In this document: piece by piece, positions 10,579-20,700 of the stretch
Layout of the letters: each line of letters starts with the position of its first letter
How positions within the stretch are numbered: position 1 is the first letter of the stretch
From: Pirellulales bacterium
Lineage (GTDB): Bacteria > Planctomycetota > Planctomycetia > Pirellulales > Lacipirellulaceae
Reading direction: 5' to 3'
NCBI GenBank assembly: GCA_028279215.1
Contig: JANQOF010000048.1
Location: forward strand, 6,533 to 70,532
Length of the DNA stretch: 64,000 nucleotides
Notes under the pieces: model-generated
Databases searched by the model: none
What the model saw: only the letters and a program-made list of their open reading frames with translations
Told to the model about the DNA's origin: nothing
Made by a program: the position numbers and the translations under genes

Positions 10579-12374
10579 ACCGTCTCCTTGCTCCCGGAGG
10601 CTGCCCATTCGCGCGGCGGCGCCTCGTAGGTCACCTGCTCGCCAGTGCCGGGATGCTCGATACTAATCTTCCAGGAGTGTAAGCACATCGGTGGATCGTC
10701 GACATCAAGCGATTGCGACGCTCGGACAACTCTGTCGGGCTGATACGTTGGATCCCCCAACACCGGATGGCCCAACGACCATAGATGCAACCGAATCTGG
10801 TTGGTGCGGCCAGTAATTGGTGTCGCCAACAGAAGCGTCGTGCCGTCGGCGTGTCGCTCAACGACGCGAAACGCCGTGCGAGCGCTCACGCCGTTCTCGT
10901 CGAGCAACCGCGCGCCGGCGACGGAAGCGTCACGAGCAATCGACGCAGTGCATGTGAACTCGTCGTCAAGCGGATGGCCAACGATGCGTGCCATGTACTG
11001 CTTGGCGACATTTCCTGCCGAAAACTGCGATTGAAGGTGACGTGCCGAGCGTCTGCGGCGGGCAAACAGCGCCACGCCTGTCGTGTTCGCATCGAGACGG
11101 TGGGCGTGACGCAAGCGCTCAGGTGCATAGGCCGGAACAAGCAGCGCCGCGAGGGTGTTTTTGTTAAACCGGCCGCCTGGATGAATCGGCAGCGGGGCCG
11201 GCTTGTCGATGACGACGATGTCCCCGTCTTCATGCAGAATGCGAATATCAGCATTAACATTTGGCTCGACCATGCGGGGCGTCAGATGCTCGTACTTCTC
11301 GCCGGCAATCACACGGCGCCTCGCATCGACGGGCGCGCCGTCCATCAGAATTCTTCCTTCAATCAATCGAGCCTCCCATTGAGCACGATCGACCGATGGC
11401 ACGGCGGCAGTCAAGAAGTCAAGCATCTCGAACCCGTGCCACTCGCCCGCCACGTGCAACGGACGAGTGTTGTCGTACGGCTCACTACCAGGAAGCGGTC
11501 GGCTCGCTACTCGGATCGCTTCATGACGACCGGCAATGATTGCTCTTATGGCCTCGTCGGTGGTGCGATAACAGAAAGGGCATGACTCGCCTTTGACGTA
11601 ACGGTCCGACTGCTGGTCCTCGAGTGTAAGAATTGCCTGGCATGCGTAGCACTGGGCAGCGTCGGTTTCGCGGAGCGCCGTGTCGACAGCCACGCGCTGA
11701 TCAAACACAAAACAGTCGCCCTCGTAGTGCGCCTTGCCAACCTTCTCAAAATAGTTCAGTATTCCGCCGTCGAGTTGATACACATCTTCGAAGCCCAGCT
11801 TCTCCAGCATCGGGCCAGCCTTTTCGCAGCGAATGCCGCCGGTGCAAAACGTCACGACCGGTTGCTTGCGCACCTCGTCAGGCAGCGCCCTTGCAGCCTG
11901 GGGGAAATCGCGAAAGTGCCCGATGTCCAACCGCTCCGCGCCCTTGAAGGTTCCAAGCTTCACTTCGTAGTCGTTACGTGTGTCGAGCAATACGACTTGC
12001 TGCCCTGTATCAAGCCAAGACTTTAGTTCGATCGGCGAAACCCGTTTCGATGTGTACTTCGCGGGGGAAATGCCATCGACGCCAAACGCGATGATCTCCT
12101 TCTTCACCTTTACCAGCATCCGGCGGAAAGGTTGATGATCAGTCCAACTTTCTTTGGTGCTAAGCGGGCCGATCTCGGCGTCCGCCTGCAGGTGCGCCAC
12201 CAACGCGTCCACCGCCGTTCGATCGCCAGCGACAAACAAATTGATCCCCTCCTCGGCCAGCAATATCGTGCCGCGCAGCGCCAACTCTTGACACAGCCCG
12301 CGCAACTCGCTTCGGCGGTCGCCAAGGCGCGAAAGGGTGACGAATTTGTAGGCCGCAATGTTCAAAATCGACAT
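10563..12374 (-). CDS. trhO: Fusion of TrhO (rhodanese/UPF0176 tRNA U34 hydroxylase) and RluA/C/D-family pseudouridine synthase
   Basis: N-half: LRGTILLAEEGIN, DTRNDYE, FCTGGIRCEK, YQLDGGILNY, CFVFDQRV. C-half: S4-like segment, IDKPAPLPIHPGG, catalytic HRLD, PITGRTNQIRLHL, GHPVLGDPTY, CLHS. Confidence 0.88.
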   Translation of the reverse strand: MSILNIAAYKFVTLSRLGDRRSELRGLCQELALRGTILLAEEGINLFVAGDRTAVDALVAHLQADAEIGPLSTKESWTDHQPFRRMLVKVKKEIIAFGVDGISPAKYTSKRVSPIELKSWLDTGQQVVLLDTRNDYEVKLGTFKGAERLDIGHFRDFPQAARALPDEVRKQPVVTFCTGGIRCEKAGPMLEKLGFEDVYQLDGGILNYFEKVGKAHYEGDCFVFDQRVAVDTALRETDAAQCYACQAILTLEDQQSDRYVKGESCPFCYRTTDEAIRAIIAGRHEAIRVASRPLPGSEPYDNTRPLHVAGEWHGFEMLDFLTAAVPSVDRAQWEARLIEGRILMDGAPVDARRRVIAGEKYEHLTPRMVEPNVNADIRILHEDGDIVVIDKPAPLPIHPGGRFNKNTLAALLVPAYAPERLRHAHRLDANTTGVALFARRRRSARHLQSQFSAGNVAKQYMARIVGHPLDDEFTCTASIARDASVAGARLLDENGVSARTAFRVVERHADGTTLLLATPITGRTNQIRLHLWSLGHPVLGDPTYQPDRVVRASQSLDVDDPPMCLHSWKISIEHPGTGEQVTYEAPPREWAASGSKETVCPSQ

Positions 12375-12493
12375 AATGCAATTATGGTTCCGGCATGGCG
12401 GTTAGGGAATGGATGGCCGCTCAAAGGACTGCCGCTGCGTGGGCCGAGCGATTACAATGCGCTGGCCCTCACCTTCCTACGAGTTATCGCTAG

Positions 12494-13816
12494 ATGTCGC
12501 GCCGTACTCTCTTGCTTCTGTTGGCCACCACAGCGTTCTGCCTCTTGTGCTTCTACCGCGGCGAGAAAGATCCATTCGCTCGGTACGTGGTCGAGGGCTA
12601 CGAGAAGATCGATAGCATGGCGCTCGACGACGTGCCCGACCGCGAACTTTTCCAAGGAGCGATGAATGGAATGGTTGATGTGCTGAACAAACGAGGCGAC
12701 GCGCACTCGCAGTTCATTACCGCTAAACAGGCAAAGCTGTTCCAGGAAGAGATTGCCCAAGAGATTGCCGGCATCGGCGTCCGACTGCGGTTCGAAGGCA
12801 ATCCGCCCGTGCTTCAAGTTGCTGGCCCTCCACTGCCAGGTAAGCCCGCCGCCCGTGCCGGCATTCGCAATGGCGACCGCATCATGGCCATCGATGGCGT
12901 TTCGACCGAGGGAATGATTCCGACCGACTTTGCCGATGTACTCGATCGCATGCGCGGCAAGCCGAACGAACCTCTGCAGCTTACCGTGCTGCACGAAGAT
13001 GAAACCGAACCAGTCGTCATCGAGCTGATCCGCGAACGCCTCACCCTCGACTCGGTCCGCGGCGACCGACTGCTCGCCGATCAGTCGTGGCAATTCCGAC
13101 TCGAGCAAGATCCGCGCATCGCCATGGTTCGAGTCATCTCGTTCGGAGCCAAGAGCGTCGGCGAACTCGAACGGTTGTTGCCCAAGCTGCTGGCCGAGGG
13201 TGTCGAGGCGATCATCCTCGACTTGCGCAATAATCCTGGTGGTCCGCTCGACGCAGCCATCGAAACTTGTGAACTGTTCCTGCCGGCCGGAAAAGTGATT
13301 GTCGAGACACGCGGCCGTAATGGCCAAATTCGAAGCGTCGCCACGACGGGCAGCGATGGGCCGTACCTCGACTTGCCGCTGGTGGTGCTCGTCGACCGCG
13401 CTAGCGCCAGCGCAAGCGAAATTGTGGCCGCTTGCCTGCAGGATCACGACCGAGCGGTGGTGATTGGGGAGCGGTCGTTCGGCAAGGGCACTGTGCAAGA
13501 AGTGCTGCCTATGGAAGCTGGCGCCAGCTTGCTCAAACTCACCCGAGCCATCTACTGGCGCCCAAGCGGAAAGAACATTCATCGCTCGGGAACCGACCGG
13601 GCGGCCGCCATGGACGACCCCAACTGGGGCGTCGCGCCCGATGAGGTATTCAACGTCGAGCAAACCGAAACGCAGTACTTCGAGTTGGCCAAATCGCGGG
13701 CCGAACGCGACATCACGGTGTTCGACCCGGATGCTCCCGACGACAATCTGTTGGCTTACGACGACCCGGTGCTCGACCTGGCCGTCGCGACGCTCGAAGA
13801 ACAGCTCGATCAGTAA
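12494..13816 (+). CDS. S41 carboxyl-terminal processing protease with PDZ domain (CtpA-like)
   Basis: ILDLRNNPGG, SASASEIVAACLQDHDRAVVIGERSFGKG (Ser/Lys dyad); N-terminal signal/TM. Confidence 0.93.
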   Translation: MSRRTLLLLLATTAFCLLCFYRGEKDPFARYVVEGYEKIDSMALDDVPDRELFQGAMNGMVDVLNKRGDAHSQFITAKQAKLFQEEIAQEIAGIGVRLRFEGNPPVLQVAGPPLPGKPAARAGIRNGDRIMAIDGVSTEGMIPTDFADVLDRMRGKPNEPLQLTVLHEDETEPVVIELIRERLTLDSVRGDRLLADQSWQFRLEQDPRIAMVRVISFGAKSVGELERLLPKLLAEGVEAIILDLRNNPGGPLDAAIETCELFLPAGKVIVETRGRNGQIRSVATTGSDGPYLDLPLVVLVDRASASASEIVAACLQDHDRAVVIGERSFGKGTVQEVLPMEAGASLLKLTRAIYWRPSGKNIHRSGTDRAAAMDDPNWGVAPDEVFNVEQTETQYFELAKSRAERDITVFDPDAPDDNLLAYDDPVLDLAVATLEEQLDQ

Positions 13817-13990
13817 CCGTGCCCGCAAACTCGCCTCATCTTCGCTAGTCGCAATCGGGGTCAACACGTCGTTTGCAATGTTTGCAACCTGATTTGCCAC
13901 CGTTGCTATCGCCACGCTTCGTCAAAAAACGACCCCAAAACTTGTAAGTTTCGCGATCCTGTCGCAAACCGACCCACGTCGCCCGCCTGT

Positions 13991-14007
13991 TTGGCACACT
14001 ATCTGCA
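13991..14007 (+). promoter_or_regulatory. Candidate sigma54 (-24/-12) promoter
   Basis: TTGGCACACTATCTGCA: near-consensus TGGCAC-N5-YTGCA with canonical GG/GC spacing. Confidence 0.55.
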
Positions 14008-14263
14008 TAACCAAAAAACATCGTTGGCCACGTCACACGACAACGTTTGAGGGCACTCCTGTCGAGCGCATCGAGGCAGCCGCAACCTATCACGGGTTCA
14101 TCCTCACCGCCGACTCACGCCCCCTTTCGCAATTCGCGATGACCTGGCCGGTAAGCAGCTGCTCGCCGTGGACCGTTTAACTTCTCCCCGCAAAGTCCAC
14201 GCGGCACCGCCAACGGAACTTTTCAAGACGTCTAGTCCCACACCGAATGGAGGCACCCAACCT

Positions 14264-14554
14264 ATGAACACTCCTCGCAAAATCCGCACGGTTGTCGTCG
14301 AGGTTTCCACCAATAACGACTGGCTCGATCGCGGACGATCGCGCGTACGCTTCAAGCCAAGCGACCTAGTCCCGTGGTCCGATCCCTACATCGCGGGCCT
14401 GGTCCGCAAGCTGCAGGACGAGGTCCGAGAGTCGCAGTCACGTATTACGGCCGAAGCCGAATTGCCCTGGAACGAACCGTTCGAGTACGAACACGACCCA
14501 GGGGATGACAGCGGTTTCTCCATCGACACCGGCGCACTGTTGAAACGGAAATGA
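14264..14554 (+). CDS. Hypothetical protein (96 aa)
   Basis: GGAGG upstream of ATG 14264; protein-like composition (PWSDPYIAGLVRKLQDEVRE). Confidence 0.6.
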   Translation: MNTPRKIRTVVVEVSTNNDWLDRGRSRVRFKPSDLVPWSDPYIAGLVRKLQDEVRESQSRITAEAELPWNEPFEYEHDPGDDSGFSIDTGALLKRK

Positions 14555-14704
14555 CCCAAGTGACCCAACTCGCAATAAACGATTCGTTGGGTCAGTTCTT
14601 GCGTCGCCAGCGCAATTCGCAACGCAAGCCATGGTAGTCACTTACAGCGACACGTAACGCCGTAGGCCAATCTCAAATGCCCCAGCCTTGGGTCACTTGG
14701 GCCA
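14552..14704. repeat. About 150-bp inverted-repeat (REP/MITE-like) element
   Basis: tgacccaagtgacccaa (14552-14568) matches the reverse complement of ttgggtcacttgggcca (14688-14704) at 16/17; inner pair tgacccaac (14561-14569)/gttgggtca (14586-14594). Confidence 0.55.
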
Positions 14705-14877
14705 ATGCCAACTTGCCAACACGCGCCGCTTGCGTTGCAACACGCAGCATGACGTGCCGCTATTAGACCCCGCTGGGTGGCTCACTTTCAAGAAAAAAAC
14801 GGAGTACTGGGCGGACGATCCAGCAGTCCTGTGGGGCACAGCTTGTTCAAAGATGTATCGGGGTTAGAACAGCGCCC

Positions 14878-15957
14878 TCAGCCGCCGGCCGACTGATTCT
14901 CGCCGTCCTCCATCTCCAACATCGCCTTACCCATGGCGTCGCCGATGCGGCTGAACCAAATAGCGCTGCCTAGGTAGTGATACGGTCGGTCGCCACCCAC
15001 TTTCTGCCACTCCTCGAAACGCTCGCGCCACTCGGGGTACAGCGCTTCGGCAGCCTTATCCACCAGCTCGTCGGTGCGAATCGCACGGACGTTGCCCGCA
15101 AAGTCGGGAACCTCTTCCATCGATAGTTGCGCCTGCTGCACGGTGAGCATGGTGCCCTTCGCGGGCTGCGAGCCATTTTGCCCCATCACACCAATCACGA
15201 CCGGCAGGTTCGGTGCATCGAGGTCGTTGCGGATGTCGCGAATGAAGTACTCCATGTTACTCGCATACTCATCCTGCCCACCGTACTGGTCGTTCCAACC
15301 CTGAAACCACACAAAGCCCGTCATCACGGGCCGCTTGCCGGCCAGTTCGGGAAACAGCGTGTCCAGATTGTCGAGTGTCTCGCGTACTTCCGCCAACATG
15401 TTGCGATACGATGCGCCGTAGCCCAACTTAACGTCGTCGAGCGTCGGAAACGGATCGTTGCGGTTTCGCTTTTCGTTGTTATTGCGAGTCCCGTCAACGG
15501 CTCTCTTGTGCTCGTTCGCGAGATACTCGTCGCTTGGAAACTCTGCCGAGGGCGAACGGAAGTCTCTGACCAACGAGTGGCCGCCCCACGCCGTCTTGAT
15601 CAGCAGCACCGGTTCGTCGTAATGTTCCGCCAGCGTTGTTCCGAAGGCCAATTCGGCGCCGGTGCGGTCGCGAGAGCCGTAGCCAAGTGTCAACTTGCCG
15701 TGTCGACCAAGAAACTTGATGAACGCGTCGTCGCGCTCGATCCACTGACCATCCCTACGAAATCGGACGAAGAGTTCGCTCGTGCCGGGGTCCTTCGCTT
15801 GATGCTCGAACAGCGCGTTGGGCGCCTTGCCCTCCATGTTGGATTGGCCAGCGAGCACGAACACACGAACCACATCGTCAGCCGCCTGAGCGTTGGCAAC
15901 CAGCAAGCCGCCACTAAGTAAGGTAGCAAGAGCAAAACAGCGTATGTCGCAAGTCAT
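14878..15957 (-). CDS. Secreted SGNH-type sialate O-acetylesterase/carbohydrate esterase (SASA family)
   Basis: Signal peptide; VFVLAGQSNMEG, IKTAWGG, GFVWFQGWND, PYHY; GGAGGA RBS before ATG 15957. Confidence 0.85.
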   Translation of the reverse strand: MTCDIRCFALATLLSGGLLVANAQAADDVVRVFVLAGQSNMEGKAPNALFEHQAKDPGTSELFVRFRRDGQWIERDDAFIKFLGRHGKLTLGYGSRDRTGAELAFGTTLAEHYDEPVLLIKTAWGGHSLVRDFRSPSAEFPSDEYLANEHKRAVDGTRNNNEKRNRNDPFPTLDDVKLGYGASYRNMLAEVRETLDNLDTLFPELAGKRPVMTGFVWFQGWNDQYGGQDEYASNMEYFIRDIRNDLDAPNLPVVIGVMGQNGSQPAKGTMLTVQQAQLSMEEVPDFAGNVRAIRTDELVDKAAEALYPEWRERFEEWQKVGGDRPYHYLGSAIWFSRIGDAMGKAMLEMEDGENQSAGG

Positions 15958-16111
15958 TGGTAGATCCTCCGGCAAGAGCACAGAGAACGGGCGAGGCATC
16001 ATCGTACCAGATCGGTCGCGATGGATGTGGCCGACACGCACCGGAGAGCGCCATCAATTGAGTACAGTATCACCGGCGGCAACATCCCGGCCACCTTGAC
16101 CATTGGCCCCG

Positions 16112-16504
16112 CTAGCTCTTGGCCACAATTCGGCCGCGGCACGCCGCGGTACCGCAGCGGCAGGGGATGGCATGGTCTTCTGACCAGCCGTAATCTACGG
16201 TGAGTTCCTCATCGCGGGAGATTGTGCGCAAAGCATGCAGCCATACCTCAATCAAAGGGCCTTCGTATTCCCAGATAATCATCTCGGCGTTGGGTTCACA
16301 ACTGTGATTCAGGAATCTGAACGGCGCAGCAAGCTCCAAAGACGTTCCGTCCTGGAGGTCCAAACAGTAATCCGATCCGTATTCCGGGTCGTTGATGACC
16401 CGTCCCGAAACCCTGCCCACTTCCTGGCCTGGCAGGAACGTTTGACCAGCCATCACACCTCTGCCTGTACGTGACTGGCGCACCTCCACTTTGCTTGATG
16501 ACAT
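16112..16504 (-). CDS. SET-domain protein (lysine methyltransferase-like) with post-SET Cys cluster
   Basis: TGRGV, RFLNHSCEPN, EELTVDY, CRCGTAACRG. Confidence 0.9.
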   Translation of the reverse strand: MSSSKVEVRQSRTGRGVMAGQTFLPGQEVGRVSGRVINDPEYGSDYCLDLQDGTSLELAAPFRFLNHSCEPNAEMIIWEYEGPLIEVWLHALRTISRDEELTVDYGWSEDHAIPCRCGTAACRGRIVAKS

Positions 16505-16534
16505 TTACCACTCCGTTCTTCGAATTGCGCATCG

Positions 16535-17701
16535 TTACCGCCGCACTGGATCTTCCGGCGACTTCAGAAACGCCTCGGCGGTGGTGTTGCCGGTGTAGAT
16601 CGTCCAGATGCGCGACTCGCGGCGTAGTTGGGCGATGAACTTCTCGGTCTTCGCGCGGAAGTCGTCGTTCGACATTTTTTTTTCGATATCGTCCTGAACT
16701 TCGGCGAATGGAGTATGCCCCGCTTCCCGACGCTCGACCACACGGACGATATGGCAAGCCTTTTCGGTCTCGATAATGGGGCTCAGCGCACCCACGGGTA
16801 GCGAAAAGATCGCTTGGTCGAGCTCGCGGTCGCGCATCGCGCCTTGGGTGGTCCAGTCGTTCAGCCCACCGTCCTTGGCGTTGTACACTTCGGAGTACTT
16901 CTCGGCCACGTCGGTGAACAGCGGTTCGGTGCTTTCGGGCTTCTGTTGCGCGCGCTGGAGAACCAGATTGCCGGCCTCGGCGAGTTTCTTCATAGCACCC
17001 TGTTTGTTCGGATGGTTGGAAAACTCGACGGTGATTTCCTCCCATCGCGCTTGCGTTGGAAATGCGTAGTCTTCCAAGTGTTCCTGGTAGTACTCTGAAA
17101 GCTGCCCATACGTTGGTTTGTCGACGTTGATTTGTTCCTGGATCCAGGTCTGAGCGATCGCTTTCTCGACGTAGGCTTCCTTCCGGTCGGCCAGCGAGGT
17201 ACCAAACGCGATGAGCTTCTTCTCCAAATCCTGAACGTTGTCGACCTCAAACGCCTCGAGCAGCGTAGGCAGGCTGCCTGGAGCCTTGCCCGAGCTACCG
17301 CCATTGAAGAATGGCTGGTTGAGCTGCTGGCGAATCGCATTCATGTCGGCGCCACGGGCTTTGCGCTCAAAGTCGGCGTAAATCAGTTTCGTATCAACGT
17401 AACTCGAAAGCGCGCGGCGCACCAGCATTTCGCGCGTGGCGTCGAGTTGTTCCTGCGGGATCTGTGCCAACTGATCTGGGGGAACATTGCGCAGGTTGTT
17501 TTGCAGAATCAGATTCGCTTCCCACAAGATGTCGCTGGCCAGCACCACCTGGTTTTCGATGCGGGCGATCACCTGACAAGCTTCCAGCTTCTTCGGCCCT
17601 TCCGTCGGAGGCCCAACGGGCGGCGGGGCGAACTGAGCGCTGGCACCTGCCGTCAGCGAGAAAGTCAAAAATAGTAAGAGCGGTTTCGACACAAGAAGCA
17701 T
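16535..17701 (-). CDS. PpiC/SurA-type peptidyl-prolyl isomerase
   Basis: Signal peptide from ATG 17701; FTDVAEKYSE..AKDGG..W..G.M..ELDQAIFSLPVGALSPIIET..CHIVRV rotamase motif. Confidence 0.85.
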   Translation of the reverse strand: MLLVSKPLLLFLTFSLTAGASAQFAPPPVGPPTEGPKKLEACQVIARIENQVVLASDILWEANLILQNNLRNVPPDQLAQIPQEQLDATREMLVRRALSSYVDTKLIYADFERKARGADMNAIRQQLNQPFFNGGSSGKAPGSLPTLLEAFEVDNVQDLEKKLIAFGTSLADRKEAYVEKAIAQTWIQEQINVDKPTYGQLSEYYQEHLEDYAFPTQARWEEITVEFSNHPNKQGAMKKLAEAGNLVLQRAQQKPESTEPLFTDVAEKYSEVYNAKDGGLNDWTTQGAMRDRELDQAIFSLPVGALSPIIETEKACHIVRVVERREAGHTPFAEVQDDIEKKMSNDDFRAKTEKFIAQLRRESRIWTIYTGNTTAEAFLKSPEDPVRR

Positions 17702-17771
17702 ATCGGATGACGAGAGCCGGATAATGAGCCCAGCCGGGTTGGTGATTGCAGAAACGATGCGCGGCAGGAGT

Positions 17772-20700
17772 TTAGGCAGCTGCTGCGGCCGGCTGCAAGA
17801 GCGATTTGATCTCCGCAATCAGCGACTCAGGCGGCCCTTCGGGGTCGGATAGGAGGAAATAGGCGCTCTGGGCGTCGGCCACGCGCAGTTGCCGGCCCGC
17901 GCGTTCAACCAATCTTCGCAGCTTCGCACGGTTGCCGTACGCTAGCACCACGTAGCGGCCATCGCGATGCAGCGAGTGAATCCCCCAGGCGTGCGCCCAA
18001 ACCCGCAGACGCGCACGCTCGAGCAGTCCATTAACGAGCTTAGGTGTCGGACCGAAACGATCGCCTAACTCGGTGTGGAACTCTTCCAACTGTTCGGTCG
18101 TTGTGAGACGAGCAAGCCGGCGGTAGAGATCGATCTTGGTCCGCGCGTCGCCGACATAGTCAGGCGGCAGATACGCCGCGCCCGGCAGATCGATGTTGAC
18201 GTCGATCGACTCGGGCGGCGGCATGTTCTTGAATTGGCGCACCGCTTTCTCGAGCATCGCGCAGTACATCTCATAACCCACCGTGGCGATGTGGCCGCTC
18301 TGCTGCGTGCCGAGCAAGTTGCCGGCGCCACGAATCTCCAAATCGCGCATCGACAGCGCGAACCCGGCGCCCATCTGACTGAACTCCTCGATGGCTCGCA
18401 GTCGACGTGCGGCTTCGGGCGAAAGATGTCGGTTCTCGTCGATCAGCAAGTAGCAATACGCACGGTGTTTGTAACGACCGACACGCCCTCGCAGTTGGTG
18501 CAGATCGGCCAAACCGTAGCGATCGGCATCGTCGATGAACATCGTGTTGGCGTTTGGAATATCCAGCCCGCTCTCGATAATCGTGGTCGCCAGCAAGATG
18601 TCGTATTCGTGGGCCACAAACTTGAACATCACCTCCTCGAGTTGCCCCTCGGGCATCTGACCATGACCAACGCAAATGCGGGCCTCGGGAACGATCTCCG
18701 CCAAGCGGTCGGCAACGTTCTGGATGTCATGAACTCGGTTGTGTACGAAATAGGCCTGCCCGCCCCGGTTGAGTTCTCGCAATAGTGCGCTGCGGACCAG
18801 CTCGTCGTTGAACCGCGTCACCCGTGTCTCGACCGCCACGCGGTCGGCCGGCGGAGTCTCCAGATTCGAGATGGCCCGCACACCGAGAAGAGACAGATGC
18901 AACGTGCGCGGGATGGGCGTGGCCGTCATGGTCAGCACGTCGACGACGGTTCGCATCGCCTTGAGCCGCTCTTTGATGGCCACTCCGAATCGCTGTTCTT
19001 CGTCAATGATCAGCAAACCGAGGTTGGCGAACTCCACATCCGCCGACGCCAAGCGATGCGTGCCAATCAACACATCGACCTTGCCCTCTTTGGTCCGCTG
19101 CAGGATTTCATTCTGCTCCCTGGTGGTGCAGAACCGCGAAACGGCCGCGATCTCGTAGGGGAATTCCGACATCCGCTCAGAGAATGTGCGCCGGTGCTGC
19201 TCGGCCAACACCGTCGTTGGCACCAACACGGCCACTTGGTAGCCGGCATCGACTGCCTTGAACGCCGCGCGGATCGCCATCTCGGTTTTGCCGAATCCCA
19301 CGTCGCCGCACAACAGGCGATCCATTGGACGAGTTGCCTGCATGTCGGCCTTAATATCGGCAATCGCCGTCATCTGGTCGGCCGTTTCCTGATAGGGAAA
19401 TGCGTTGTCAAACTCGCGTTGCCAGGGCGTGTCGTCGGGAAAACGGATGCCCGGTCGGGCGTCGCGCTTGGCGGCCAGTTCGATCATCTCGGCCGCCAGG
19501 TCGTGGACCGCTTGCTCAGCGGCCCGCTTCTGACGCACCCATGCCTTGCCGCCAATTTTCGCGAGTGGCGGTCTGAGCTTCTTACCGCCCACATACTTTT
19601 GCACCAGCTCGATGCGAAAGCTTGGCACGTAAATCCGGGTGCCACCGTCGTACTCGATTTCGAGATGTTCCTCGGCCCTGCCCTCCTTGTCGAGCAGTTT
19701 CATGCCGCGATACCGGCCAATGCCGTGTGCGACATGCACCACCAAGTCGCCCTGTTTGAGTTCCAGGAAGCTATCGATCGCTCGACCTTGGTAGCTGCGA
19801 GACGAACGAGCAACCGATGCGTGGCGGTGAAACAGCTCGGCTGCCGACAGCAACACCACCGATCGCGGCACGATGCGAAACCCTTCATGCAGCCGGCCAA
19901 TCACGAACCGCAGCCGACCGCCCGAGAGCAATGGCGACTTGGCAAAAAGTTCCTGCAGCCGCTCGATCTCCGCGGCCGTTTCGCACACTAGCACCACGCG
20001 CTCGTTGCCCACGACCGATTCGAGTTCTTCACGCACCTTGTTCAAGTCGCCGCTGAACCGCTCGACCGACTCAAATCCCAAGTGACAGGTCGTTTCGTAC
20101 GAGCCCTCTGGCACGCCTGAGGCGGTCGCCGATGGAAACTTGTAGATCTCCGCCAGCGTGGTCTTGACGCTGTGCAGCCGATCGGGTGATTCCTGGCGCT
20201 CGTGGAAGTACCGCCCCTCTTCCTCCACGTCAGCCGGTTCGACCACCACAAACCAACTGCCTTCGGGAATGTGACTCGCCAGATGCGACCGCGGCGGCGA
20301 GGCCGGGTCGAGCAATGTGATACCAACATGCTCGCGGCCAGCCAAGCTCCGCTGCGTCGCCACGTCGAACTCGCGAATCGACTCGATCTCGTCGCCAAAC
20401 AGTTCGATCCGCACCGGCGCAAGCGCGTCGGGCGGAAACACGTCGATAATTCCGCCGCGCACCGCGAACTCGCCGGGCAACTCTACCGCCGACGTGCCAT
20501 GGCAGCCGCGCTGGGCCAGCCACTCGGTCAGTTCTTCCTGGTCGATGATCTCGCCAACCGCAAGCGTGCGTGTCGATTCGGCCAGCACTTCGCGAGTCGG
20601 CACCGGCTGCATGAGCGCCTGAATCGAAGTGACTACCAATCGCGCCTGGCCTGGATGACCCACGAGTTGCTTCACCACGCGGAGCCGCTCGCCTTCGATT

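Noticed and set aside
12452-13915. 487-aa minus-strand ORF
   Set aside because: Antisense shadow of the S41 protease gene; no motifs; expected from GC-rich codon bias.
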